Source: Xanthobacteraceae bacterium (GTDB lineage Bacteria > Pseudomonadota > Alphaproteobacteria > Rhizobiales > Xanthobacteraceae). From it: a DNA stretch of 58,645 nt. This document shows positions 9,653 through 17,016 of this stretch, in pieces. Numbering within the stretch: the stretch's first letter is position 1; every line of letters starts with the position of its first letter. The stretch is taken from positions 8,566 to 67,210 of the forward strand of contig DAIUEP010000002.1 of NCBI GenBank assembly GCA_036845065.1, read 5' to 3'. A program made the translations under genes and the position numbers. The notes beneath the pieces were generated by a model. It was not told where the DNA came from, ran no database searches, and saw only the letters and a list, made by a program, of their open reading frames with translations.

Positions 9653-9755
9653 CGAATAGCGAATAGCGAATAGCGAATAGCGAATAGCGAATAGCGAATA
9701 GCGAATAGAAGGCTCTTCGCCAGTCCCTATTCGCTATTCGCTACTCACTATTCGC
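9653..9755. repeat. heptanucleotide microsatellite (CGAATAG)x8 with an inverted partial array, forming a long hairpin
   Basis: Eight perfect CGAATAG units at 9653-9708. The inverted units CTATTCG CTATTCG CTACTCA CTATTCG lie at 9727-9754. The element sits between convergent gene ends at 9649 and 9765. Confidence 0.9.
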
Positions 9756-9764
9756 CTCTTGTCA

Positions 9765-10358
9765 CTACTGCACGATCACCGTCGCGCCCACCGGTACGCG
9801 CTCGTAAAGATCGATGACGTCGGCGTTGGTCAGCCGGAAGCAGCCCGACGACACCGCCTGCCCGATGGTCTCGGGCTCGTTCGAGCCGTGGATGCGGTAG
9901 AGCGAGGAGCCGAGATAGAGCGCGCGCGCGCCGAGCGGATTGTCGGGGCCGCCCGCCATGTGGCGGGGCAGATCGGGCCGGCGCTTCAGCATCTGGGCGG
10001 GCGGCGTCCAGTCCGGCCATTCGCGCTTGGCGCTCACGCGCTTCACGCCGCTCCAGCCGAAGCCGTCGCGCCCGACGCCAATGCCATAGCGCAGCGCCTG
10101 GCCGTTGCCGAGCACCAGGTAGAGCCGCCGCTCCCTGGTCTTGATGACGATCGTGCCAGGCCTGTGATTTTCTGCGAAGCTCACGGTCGTGCGGGCGATC
10201 GGCGAGCCGCCGTTGAAGCCGAAGAACCGAGCGAACGGATCGTTGCCGGTGATGGTGCGGTCGAATTCCGCAGGACGGCGTTGCGCCGTCGCATCCGTGG
10301 CTGCCGCGGCCACGTAGCTGACGGCACAGATCAGGCCGATAACCAAACGCCAAATCAT
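9765..10358 (-). CDS. L,D-transpeptidase (YkuD domain), secreted
   Basis: Signal peptide MIWRLVIGLICAVSYVAAA. Catalytic motif YRIHGSNEPETIGQAVSSGCFRL (His...Cys) is present. Confidence 0.85.
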   Translation of the reverse strand: MIWRLVIGLICAVSYVAAAATDATAQRRPAEFDRTITGNDPFARFFGFNGGSPIARTTVSFAENHRPGTIVIKTRERRLYLVLGNGQALRYGIGVGRDGFGWSGVKRVSAKREWPDWTPPAQMLKRRPDLPRHMAGGPDNPLGARALYLGSSLYRIHGSNEPETIGQAVSSGCFRLTNADVIDLYERVPVGATVIVQ

Positions 10359-10513
10359 CGTGAAGCTCCCGGATTGCCGCGATGCGGGTCGATAGAAAAG
10401 GCCACAAAAGTCGCCTTCCGGCAAATCACAAATTCGACGAAGGAGATGCCCCGGGAACCGACCCTTGTCTTGCTCGGATTTGTGGTCGACGTTGTCGGGC
10501 TCGGAGGAGGCTG

Positions 10514-10723
10514 ATGGACACGATTGCGGCGATCCTGTTTGGCGCGCTCGCCGTCTACTTCGCGGTCGGGTTGCCGGCAGCGCTGGCGTTCATTGCATTG
10601 GGCGTGACGCGCGTGCAACCGGCACCGGTGACGATCGGCGCGCGAATCCTTCTGCTGCCGGGCGCAGTCGCGCTCTGGCCGCTGGTGTTGTCGCGCTGGC
10701 TCGCGGCACGGAGCACCTCATGA
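10514..10723 (+). CDS. hypothetical small membrane protein (69 aa)
   Basis: MDTIAAILFGALAVYFAVGLPAALAFIALG... has two hydrophobic helices. GGAGGAGG RBS. The stop overlaps the next start (ATGA). Confidence 0.5.
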   Translation: MDTIAAILFGALAVYFAVGLPAALAFIALGVTRVQPAPVTIGARILLLPGAVALWPLVLSRWLAARSTS

Positions 10724-10854
10724 GGCGCTCGCAACGATCCGTGCATCGGGCGCTGTGGCCTCTGCTGGCGCTGACGATCGGCTTCGGTGTGATCCTGGCG
10801 CTCGCCTTGCGCCCCCCGCCGGCCGTGATCCCGCAGGTCGAGGTGGTGCGATGA
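10720..10854 (+). CDS. hypothetical small membrane protein (44 aa)
   Basis: MRRSQRSVHRALWPLLALTIGFGVILALAL... has one TM helix. It has ATGA overlaps with both neighbours. Confidence 0.4.
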   Translation: MRRSQRSVHRALWPLLALTIGFGVILALALRPPPAVIPQVEVVR

Positions 10855-11897
10855 GCGTTGGCTTTCGCGCCGTTCAGTGGAACAGCGCCAAGATCATCTA
10901 CGACGTCATTCTGGTGGCGGCGGTCACGCTCTTCATCGGCGCGTTTCTCCTGATTGCCGATCGGGTCGACCCGCCCAAGGACCTGCCGGCCGCGATCGAC
11001 CTGCGCATCCGCGCGTTCGGCAGCTGCGCCTTCGTGATGCTCACCGTGATCCTCTCGATCGGCCCGCTGGCGCGCCTCGACCGCAGATTCCTGCCGCTTC
11101 TTTACAATCGCAGGCATTTCGGCGTGCTGACCTTTGTCATCGCGTCGTTGCACGTGTGGTTCATGCTGGAATGGTACGCGGTGCAAGGCACGCTCCCGAA
11201 CCTGCTCACCGAGCTGATGACCTGGGCCGATTACGGCAAGTTCATTGGCTTTCCGTTCAAGGTGCTCGGCATCGCGGCGCTGCTTGTTCTCTTCCTGATG
11301 GCGGCGACGAGCCATGACTTCTGGCTTGCGATCCTCACGCCGCGCACCTGGAAGGCGTTGCACATGGCGCTCTACGTCGCCTATGGCCTCGTCGTGATGC
11401 ACGTCGCGCTCGGAATCATGCAATATGTTCATACCCCGCTTATTCCAGCGATGCTGTTTGGTGGCTTCGGCACCGTTGCCGCCCTGCATCTTCTCGCCGC
11501 CAGGCGAGCGCGCGAGCCTGACAGCGCGACGACGGCCGAAGGCTGGATCGCGGTCGGCGCGCCGGCCTCGATTCCCGACAAGAGCGCGCGCATCGTGGCG
11601 GCGCCGGGTGGCGAGCGCATCGCGGTGTTTCGCGACGGGGCCGAGATTGCGGCGCTCACCAATCTTTGCGCTCATCAGAACGGGCCGCTCGGCGAAGGCC
11701 GCATCATCGATGGCTGCGTCACCTGTCCCTGGCATGGCTACCAGTACCGGCTCGCTGATGGCTGCGCGCCGCCGCCGTTCACGGAGCGGCTTTCAACCTA
11801 TCCGGTGCGGATCAGGGATGGGGTCGTGGAGGTCTATCCGCAGGCGCTGCCGCCGGGCACACCAGCCTCGATCACATGTCCGGCAATTGCAGTTTAA
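10851..11897 (+). CDS. ferric-reductase-like transmembrane domain fused to a Rieske [2Fe-2S] domain
   Basis: N-terminal multi-TM region with conserved His (RRHFGVLTFVIASLHVW..., LHMALYVAYGLVVMHV). C-terminal Rieske motifs CAHQNGPL ... CPWHGYQY. Confidence 0.8.
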   Translation: MSVGFRAVQWNSAKIIYDVILVAAVTLFIGAFLLIADRVDPPKDLPAAIDLRIRAFGSCAFVMLTVILSIGPLARLDRRFLPLLYNRRHFGVLTFVIASLHVWFMLEWYAVQGTLPNLLTELMTWADYGKFIGFPFKVLGIAALLVLFLMAATSHDFWLAILTPRTWKALHMALYVAYGLVVMHVALGIMQYVHTPLIPAMLFGGFGTVAALHLLAARRAREPDSATTAEGWIAVGAPASIPDKSARIVAAPGGERIAVFRDGAEIAALTNLCAHQNGPLGEGRIIDGCVTCPWHGYQYRLADGCAPPPFTERLSTYPVRIRDGVVEVYPQALPPGTPASITCPAIAV

Positions 11898-11991
11898 CAA
11901 CAGCCCTGGATGTGGCACTGTTGAGGCTGCTCCACAGCCGGAGCCAATCGCGGCAAGAGCCGCGTGGTTCAGTCGAATAAGGGAGAGAAGC

Positions 11992-12906
11992 ATGAAACGG
12001 ATCGCATTGGCAGCGCTGGCAGGCGTGGCCGTCATCGTTACGGGAGCCGCCTACGCGCAACAGCAGATCGACTGGGACAAGATCCAGATCAAGACCACCG
12101 ATCTTGGCAACAAGACTTACCGCCTGGAAGGCCAGGGCGGCAACATCACGATTGCCGTCGGTACCGACGGCCTCATCATGGTCGACACCCAGTTCGCTCC
12201 ACTCAGCGACAAGATCAAGGCCGCGATCAAGGCGATCTCGCCGCTGCCGGTCAAGTACTCAATCATCACGCACTATCACGGCGATCATACCGGCGGAATC
12301 GCAAACTTCCAGAAGGATGGCGTCATTGCCCTGGCGCAAGACAACATCCGCATCCGCCTGGTCGCCGGCACCACCAATGCCACCACCGGCAACAAGATGG
12401 AGCCGCGCTCGGGCGACGCGATCCCGAAAGAGACCTATGTCGGCGGCACCAAGACCATCGAGGTGGGCGGCCGCAAGGCGATCCTCACTCACTACTACAA
12501 CGCCCACACCGATGGCGACACTGGCGTCTATTTTCCTGATGCCAACGTCATCGCCACCGGCGACATCATGAATTCCAACCATCGCTATCAGCAGGTCGAC
12601 TACGGCAATGGCGGCGACATCCGTGGCATGATCCGTGCGACTGACGACTGGCTCAAGATCGCAAACGACCAGACCAAGGTCGTGACCGGCCACGGTCCGC
12701 TCGCGGACAAGAAGGTCGTCGCCGAGTACAACGCCATGGTGAAGACGGCGCGCGAGCGCGTCGAGAAGCTGTTCCGTGAAGGCAAGAGTGAGGACGAGGT
12801 GGCGGCGCTGGATCCGCTCAAGGACCTCAATGCGACCTGGGCCGCTGATGCGAACCAGGCCAAAAACTTCCTGAAGCAGGTCTACAACTCGTTCAAGCGT
12901 TCGTAA
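11992..12906 (+). CDS. MBL-fold metallo-hydrolase, secreted
   Basis: Signal peptide MKRIALAALAGVAVIVTGAAYA. HYHGDHTGG metallo-beta-lactamase motif. GGGAGAGAAG RBS. Confidence 0.85.
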   Translation: MKRIALAALAGVAVIVTGAAYAQQQIDWDKIQIKTTDLGNKTYRLEGQGGNITIAVGTDGLIMVDTQFAPLSDKIKAAIKAISPLPVKYSIITHYHGDHTGGIANFQKDGVIALAQDNIRIRLVAGTTNATTGNKMEPRSGDAIPKETYVGGTKTIEVGGRKAILTHYYNAHTDGDTGVYFPDANVIATGDIMNSNHRYQQVDYGNGGDIRGMIRATDDWLKIANDQTKVVTGHGPLADKKVVAEYNAMVKTARERVEKLFREGKSEDEVAALDPLKDLNATWAADANQAKNFLKQVYNSFKRS

Positions 12907-12951
12907 GTCAACGACTCACTACACGGCGAATTGCCGTGCCGCTGCACGATG

Positions 12952-12990
12952 CGTCCCACCCCTGGCAAACGCGGGTGGGGCGTTTTCTTT
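12952..12990 (+). terminator. rho-independent terminator
   Basis: CGTCCCACCC (12952-12961) pairs with GGGTGGGGCG (12973-12982) with one mismatch, followed by TTTTCTTT. Confidence 0.7.
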
Positions 12991-12997
12991 GGCCGCA

Positions 12998-13876
12998 TCA
13001 CCTCGGCCGCGTGCCGTCGTGTGTCCCCTTGATCGCTTCGTCGACAAGCTTGGTGAAAGGGACGAACGGAACGACCTTGTTGTAGACGTTCGAGCGCGCC
13101 ACCCGGATCGATCCGTCCGGGCTCTGTTGCTTGACGATCTTGAGAATGACGTGCTGGCCCGGCGGGCCGACCGGTATCACCATGGTGCCGTTTGGCTTGA
13201 GCTGCTGCAGGAGCGGCGGCGGGATGTGGTCGATGCCGCAGGTCACCATGATCTTGTCGAAGGGAGCTGCGTCTTCCCACCCGTAGTAGCCGTCGGCATT
13301 CTTGCTGGTGATGGATTTGAACTCGCTATACCCGCGCTCGATCAGCGAATCATGCAGCGCGCGCGTGCGCTCCGCGAGCGGCCGGATGATCTCGATCGAC
13401 CAGACCTTGTCGGTCAAGTTGGCGAGGTAGGCCGACTGGTAGCCGGAGCCGGTGCCGACCTCGAGCACCTTTTCGCCGAACTGCACGTCGACCGTCGAGG
13501 TCATGCGGCTTACCACCAGCGGGCCTGAGATGGTGACTCCGAATCCAATGTCGTGGAAGTCGCGCTCATAGGCGCGCGCGATGTCGCGCTTGTGCACGAA
13601 CTCGTCGCGCGGCGTGAGCAGGAAGGCGCGCGCGTTGCGATCGTTGGCAAAATCCCGGTTGGCCTTGAGGAAGAGGTAGCGATCCCAGCGCGCGGCCAGG
13701 ATCTTCGGGTTTTCGCCGCGGTTTTCCACCATCCAGCGGATGAAGGCTTCGCGATTGGTGGTGGGCGGCGACTGATCCCAGCTGTAAGGCGTGGGAACGG
13801 CGGCTCGCGCGATGCGGGTTGCCGCGGCGCTCACCGCTGCGATCGTCGAGCCCATCATGAACGTGCGTCGGTCCAT
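12998..13876 (-). CDS. pcm: protein-L-isoaspartate O-methyltransferase family protein with N-terminal Tat-like signal
   Basis: VLEVGTGSGYQSAYLA (SAM motif I) ... APFDKIMVTCGIDHIPPPLLQQLKPNGTMVIPVG is typical PCMT. The N-terminus is MDRRTFMMGSTIAAVSAAA. Confidence 0.8.
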   Translation of the reverse strand: MDRRTFMMGSTIAAVSAAATRIARAAVPTPYSWDQSPPTTNREAFIRWMVENRGENPKILAARWDRYLFLKANRDFANDRNARAFLLTPRDEFVHKRDIARAYERDFHDIGFGVTISGPLVVSRMTSTVDVQFGEKVLEVGTGSGYQSAYLANLTDKVWSIEIIRPLAERTRALHDSLIERGYSEFKSITSKNADGYYGWEDAAPFDKIMVTCGIDHIPPPLLQQLKPNGTMVIPVGPPGQHVILKIVKQQSPDGSIRVARSNVYNKVVPFVPFTKLVDEAIKGTHDGTRPR

Positions 13877-13940
13877 GGCTTGATCCTGACCTATGGCTTG
13901 ATCCTGAATTATAGCTTGATCCCTGAGTTCTTGACCCTCA
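13875..13940. repeat. 18-bp-period direct repeat x3 (plus a degenerate fourth)
   Basis: ATGGCTTGATCCTGA occurs at 13875 and 13893. ATAGCTTGATCCCTGA is at 13911, followed by GTTCTTGACCCTCA. The first copy overlaps the pcm start codon. Confidence 0.85.
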
Positions 13941-14151
13941 TTTCCTCACATCGGTCTTTCGGGCCGGTCCTTCGGACCCAGACCCTGCCCAAAATTGACG
14001 GCGAAATTGCACATGCCGGCAACCTCCGTACTTGACTCGCCGCCGGCATGAAAGAGACTCCTACCGTTCGTTACGCCGAAATGGTGGCCAGTTTGCACGC
14101 CACCTTTGCACCAGTTGCCACGCTACAGTTGCCACGCCACAAGTGTCCGTG

Positions 14152-15282
14152 ATGATGGTCATGCCAAGCGCGCAGACGGAAGCCCAACAAGCGCCGCGCT
14201 GGCTGCGGGTTCTGACGGGCGTTCTGCTGTTTCCGGCCCTGTGGTTCGGCATCATATTGGCGTTCGATGCCGCGGTGCCGCTCGCGCGCTCCGGAGCCTT
14301 GGCTCCGGTGGTGTGGCTGCCGCCGACGGCGCTTCTTGCCGGCTTTGGGGCCTGGTTCGTTGGTCGACGCGCAACCGCCCGGCTGTTGGCGCCGCTCGTC
14401 GCAATGGTCCTGGTCGCCTATGGGGGAGCGGCGGTATGGCTGGTCACGTCCGCGCGGACGCCGGACTCGCGGTCGGTCGAGACCGCCAAATTGCCCCCGG
14501 CTCCGACCAAACCGGTTGAAACCGCCGAGATCCCAAATCGGCCGGTGCCGCCACCGCCTCCACCATCGGCGCAGCCGACGCCGGCGGCCGAGCCAAATGC
14601 GCCTCCCTCGTCGAGGCCCTCCGTGGGCGGGGCCCCGGGTGGGGCCGGGGGACCCAGTGGTGGCAGACCTGGTACTGGAGCCGGAGGCGAGCCCATCCCG
14701 CAATTCCCGTGGCCGCCGCCGGCGGCGTCGGCGACTTATGTGCTGCCGGGAGGTCTGTTCGAGCGCGGCGTCACGATCGGGCAGGTGGTGACCACGATCA
14801 TCACGGCACTGGAGCGCAAGGGTTACGTCGAGCGTTCGTTCTTCACGACTGCAGCCGACGGTGTGGTCCTTGTTACGAGGCTTGAGCGCATCAACGAGGA
14901 TGGATCGTCGGTCGCCGACGTGGAGCGCTGGCCGGCCGTGGGGGGAGCCGCCAGATCGTCCGCTGGTTTCGCCCAGTTCCTGCGCGGCTTGTTCTATGTC
15001 GATCCCGGTCGCTACCGGGTGATCGTGTTCGTCTTGCAGGATTCCCCGTTCCGCCAATCCTCCGAGCAGATCACCGGCCAGCAGGCGCGGGAATGGCTGC
15101 GAACAGGTGCCAATGTGCTGCCGCGCGAGCTGGCGGAGCGCGCCTATACGGGCGACTGCACCGCGCTGGTCTATGAATTTGCCAGTGACGGCACCGCTGT
15201 GCGCGTGGTCGAAAGCCGGTTGACCGGACGGCAGCATCTCGAGAAGGCGGGTGTGCTCGCCACGCTCGGCCGCGCCAACTGA
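14152..15282 (+). CDS. hypothetical membrane protein: 3 TM helices, Pro/Gly-rich tether, unassigned ~190-aa C-terminal domain
   Basis: TM segments VLLFPALWFGIILAF, VVWLPPTALLAGFGAWFVG and LLAPLVAMVLVAYGGAAVWLV. The linker is PVPPPPPPSAQPTPAAEPNAPPSS...GGAPGGAGGPSGGRPGTGAGG. No family recognised. The start is uncertain within 14032-14160. Confidence 0.6.
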   Translation: MMVMPSAQTEAQQAPRWLRVLTGVLLFPALWFGIILAFDAAVPLARSGALAPVVWLPPTALLAGFGAWFVGRRATARLLAPLVAMVLVAYGGAAVWLVTSARTPDSRSVETAKLPPAPTKPVETAEIPNRPVPPPPPPSAQPTPAAEPNAPPSSRPSVGGAPGGAGGPSGGRPGTGAGGEPIPQFPWPPPAASATYVLPGGLFERGVTIGQVVTTIITALERKGYVERSFFTTAADGVVLVTRLERINEDGSSVADVERWPAVGGAARSSAGFAQFLRGLFYVDPGRYRVIVFVLQDSPFRQSSEQITGQQAREWLRTGANVLPRELAERAYTGDCTALVYEFASDGTAVRVVESRLTGRQHLEKAGVLATLGRAN

Positions 15283-15294
15283 CGGGCTGCGATC

Positions 15295-16005
15295 GTGCGC
15301 AAACGCATCTTCATCAGCTATCGCCGCGAGGACACCGCGCCTGCGGCCGGACGGGTCTACGACCGGCTCTGCCGGCTGCTGCCGAAATCCGATGTCTTTC
15401 TCGATGTCAGCACGATCGCCGGCGGCGAGATCTTCGATCGCAAGCTGCTCGCGGAGATCGAGCGCAGCGACGCCGTGCTGGTGTTCATCGGCAAGACCTG
15501 GCTCGCGTCGGACGCCGGCCGCTCGCGCCTGCAGGAGCCCGACGACTACGTGCGCGCGGAGATACGCGCCGCCTTGGCGCGTCCGATCCTGGTGCTGCCG
15601 GTGCTGGTCGATGGCGCGCAGATGCCGCGGCCCGATCAGCTGCCGGACGATATCCGCGCGCTCAGCGCCAGAAACGCGCTGCCGCTGCGGCACGAGAGCT
15701 TCGACGACGACACCCAAAACATCGTGGCGACCGTGCTGGGCGTCGCGGATGCGGCGCGGCCGTGGGACAACAAGGGGCGGCTGGGCGCGAAGGTTGCCTA
15801 CGCGGCGGCGGGTCTGGTCGCGGCCTTGATACTGCTGCTGACGGCGGCGCTCGCACATTTCTGGATCGTGGGGCGACCCTTGTCGGCGTCGATTGGAGAC
15901 GCCGCGACCACGCTGCTGCTGATCGCCGGCACGCTGGCGGGGGCGGTTCTGGGCTTCGGCTTTGAGGCACGGCGGCGGCGGAACGCGCTCCCGTTGCGGT
16001 CGTGA
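15295..16005 (+). CDS. TIR domain-containing protein with C-terminal two-helix membrane anchor
   Basis: The N-terminus KRIFISYRREDTAPAAGRVYDRL...VFLDV...SDAVLVFIGKTWL...DDYVRAEIRAAL...VLPVLVDGAQMP fits the bacterial TIR_2 pattern. C-terminal hydrophobic segments are VAYAAAGLVAALILLLTAALAHFWIV and TTLLLIAGTLAGAVLGFGF. The GTG start lies 12 bp after the previous stop. Confidence 0.8.
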   Translation: MRKRIFISYRREDTAPAAGRVYDRLCRLLPKSDVFLDVSTIAGGEIFDRKLLAEIERSDAVLVFIGKTWLASDAGRSRLQEPDDYVRAEIRAALARPILVLPVLVDGAQMPRPDQLPDDIRALSARNALPLRHESFDDDTQNIVATVLGVADAARPWDNKGRLGAKVAYAAAGLVAALILLLTAALAHFWIVGRPLSASIGDAATTLLLIAGTLAGAVLGFGFEARRRRNALPLRS

Positions 16006-16086
16006 GGCGGTTTGACCGGGGGTGTTGGCCCTGTAATATCCCCCGGGTCCCTCGCCCCGTGTCTGCGTCCAATGAGGATGGCGACC

Positions 16087-16977
16087 ATGAAGTGCTCCCT
16101 CGCGTCCGCATCGGCTGCCATTGCGGCGTTCATCCTGTGTGTGGCTCAGGCGCAAGCGCAGACGCCCCCGCCGCCGGGTTTGGTTAATCCGCGGGTCGAG
16201 ATCGAGTACGTCAAGCCGAAGAATGCCGACTTCGAGCCGATCTATGATCGGTTGCGGGCGCGCAAGGTGCTCGAAACGTTGCGGCAGTTTCTGGCGCCGC
16301 TGAAGTTCAAGGAAGGGCAGAAGCTCGTCGTCAAATTCGACGAATGCGGCACCACCTACGTCCGCCATCAGCGTCGCGGCGTGGTGGCGGTCTGCTACGA
16401 GTTCGTCGACCAGATCGAGCGGCTCGCGCCCGCCTCGCAGGTCCGTCTGATTCAGACCCAGGGTCGGCCTCCGGTCAAGCCGGATGCCGCGCTCGTCGGC
16501 CCCGTGGTGCAGGCCCTGATCCACGAAGTCGCGGTCGGGGTGTTCGACCTGTTCGAGATTCCGGTCTGGGGCCGCCAGGACGACGCGGCTGATCGGGTCG
16601 CGGCCTTGGTGCTGCTGCAGTTCAGCAAATATGACCTCGCCTGGAACACGATTGTCGGAACCGCCTGGTTCCTGGCGGGAAGCGCCTTGGGCCCCCCCGA
16701 TCTGTCGGACGTGCGCGGCGTGACCGCGCAGCGCTACTACACGACGCTCTGCATCGCCTATGGCGGCAATCGCCGGATATTCGGGGGCTTCGTCGCCGCC
16801 GAGCGGACCTATGATCCGAGCCCGGCCGCCGGCGACCTGCCGAATGTGAGGGCGCGCGGATGCCCGGAGGAGTACGATACGGTCAAAGAGGCATTCAACG
16901 CCGCGGTTGCGCCGTATCTCGACCAGGACCTGCTGAAGCAGGTGCAGGTCGTGCAGTGGATCCAGTTCAACGACTGA
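16087..16977 (+). CDS. DUF4344-like (putative metallopeptidase fold) secreted protein, copy 1, degenerate HExxH
   Basis: Signal peptide MKCSLASASAAIAAFILCVAQAQA. Family-like blocks are FEPIYDRLRARKVLETLRQFLAPL, VAVCYEF, IHEVAVGVFDLFEIPVWGRQDDAADRVAAL, RYYTTLCIAYGG and GCPEEYDTV. Confidence 0.7.
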   Translation: MKCSLASASAAIAAFILCVAQAQAQTPPPPGLVNPRVEIEYVKPKNADFEPIYDRLRARKVLETLRQFLAPLKFKEGQKLVVKFDECGTTYVRHQRRGVVAVCYEFVDQIERLAPASQVRLIQTQGRPPVKPDAALVGPVVQALIHEVAVGVFDLFEIPVWGRQDDAADRVAALVLLQFSKYDLAWNTIVGTAWFLAGSALGPPDLSDVRGVTAQRYYTTLCIAYGGNRRIFGGFVAAERTYDPSPAAGDLPNVRARGCPEEYDTVKEAFNAAVAPYLDQDLLKQVQVVQWIQFND

Positions 16978-17016
16978 AGCGATTTGCGCGCTCGGGCAAC
17001 GATCGAGGAAGCCGCC

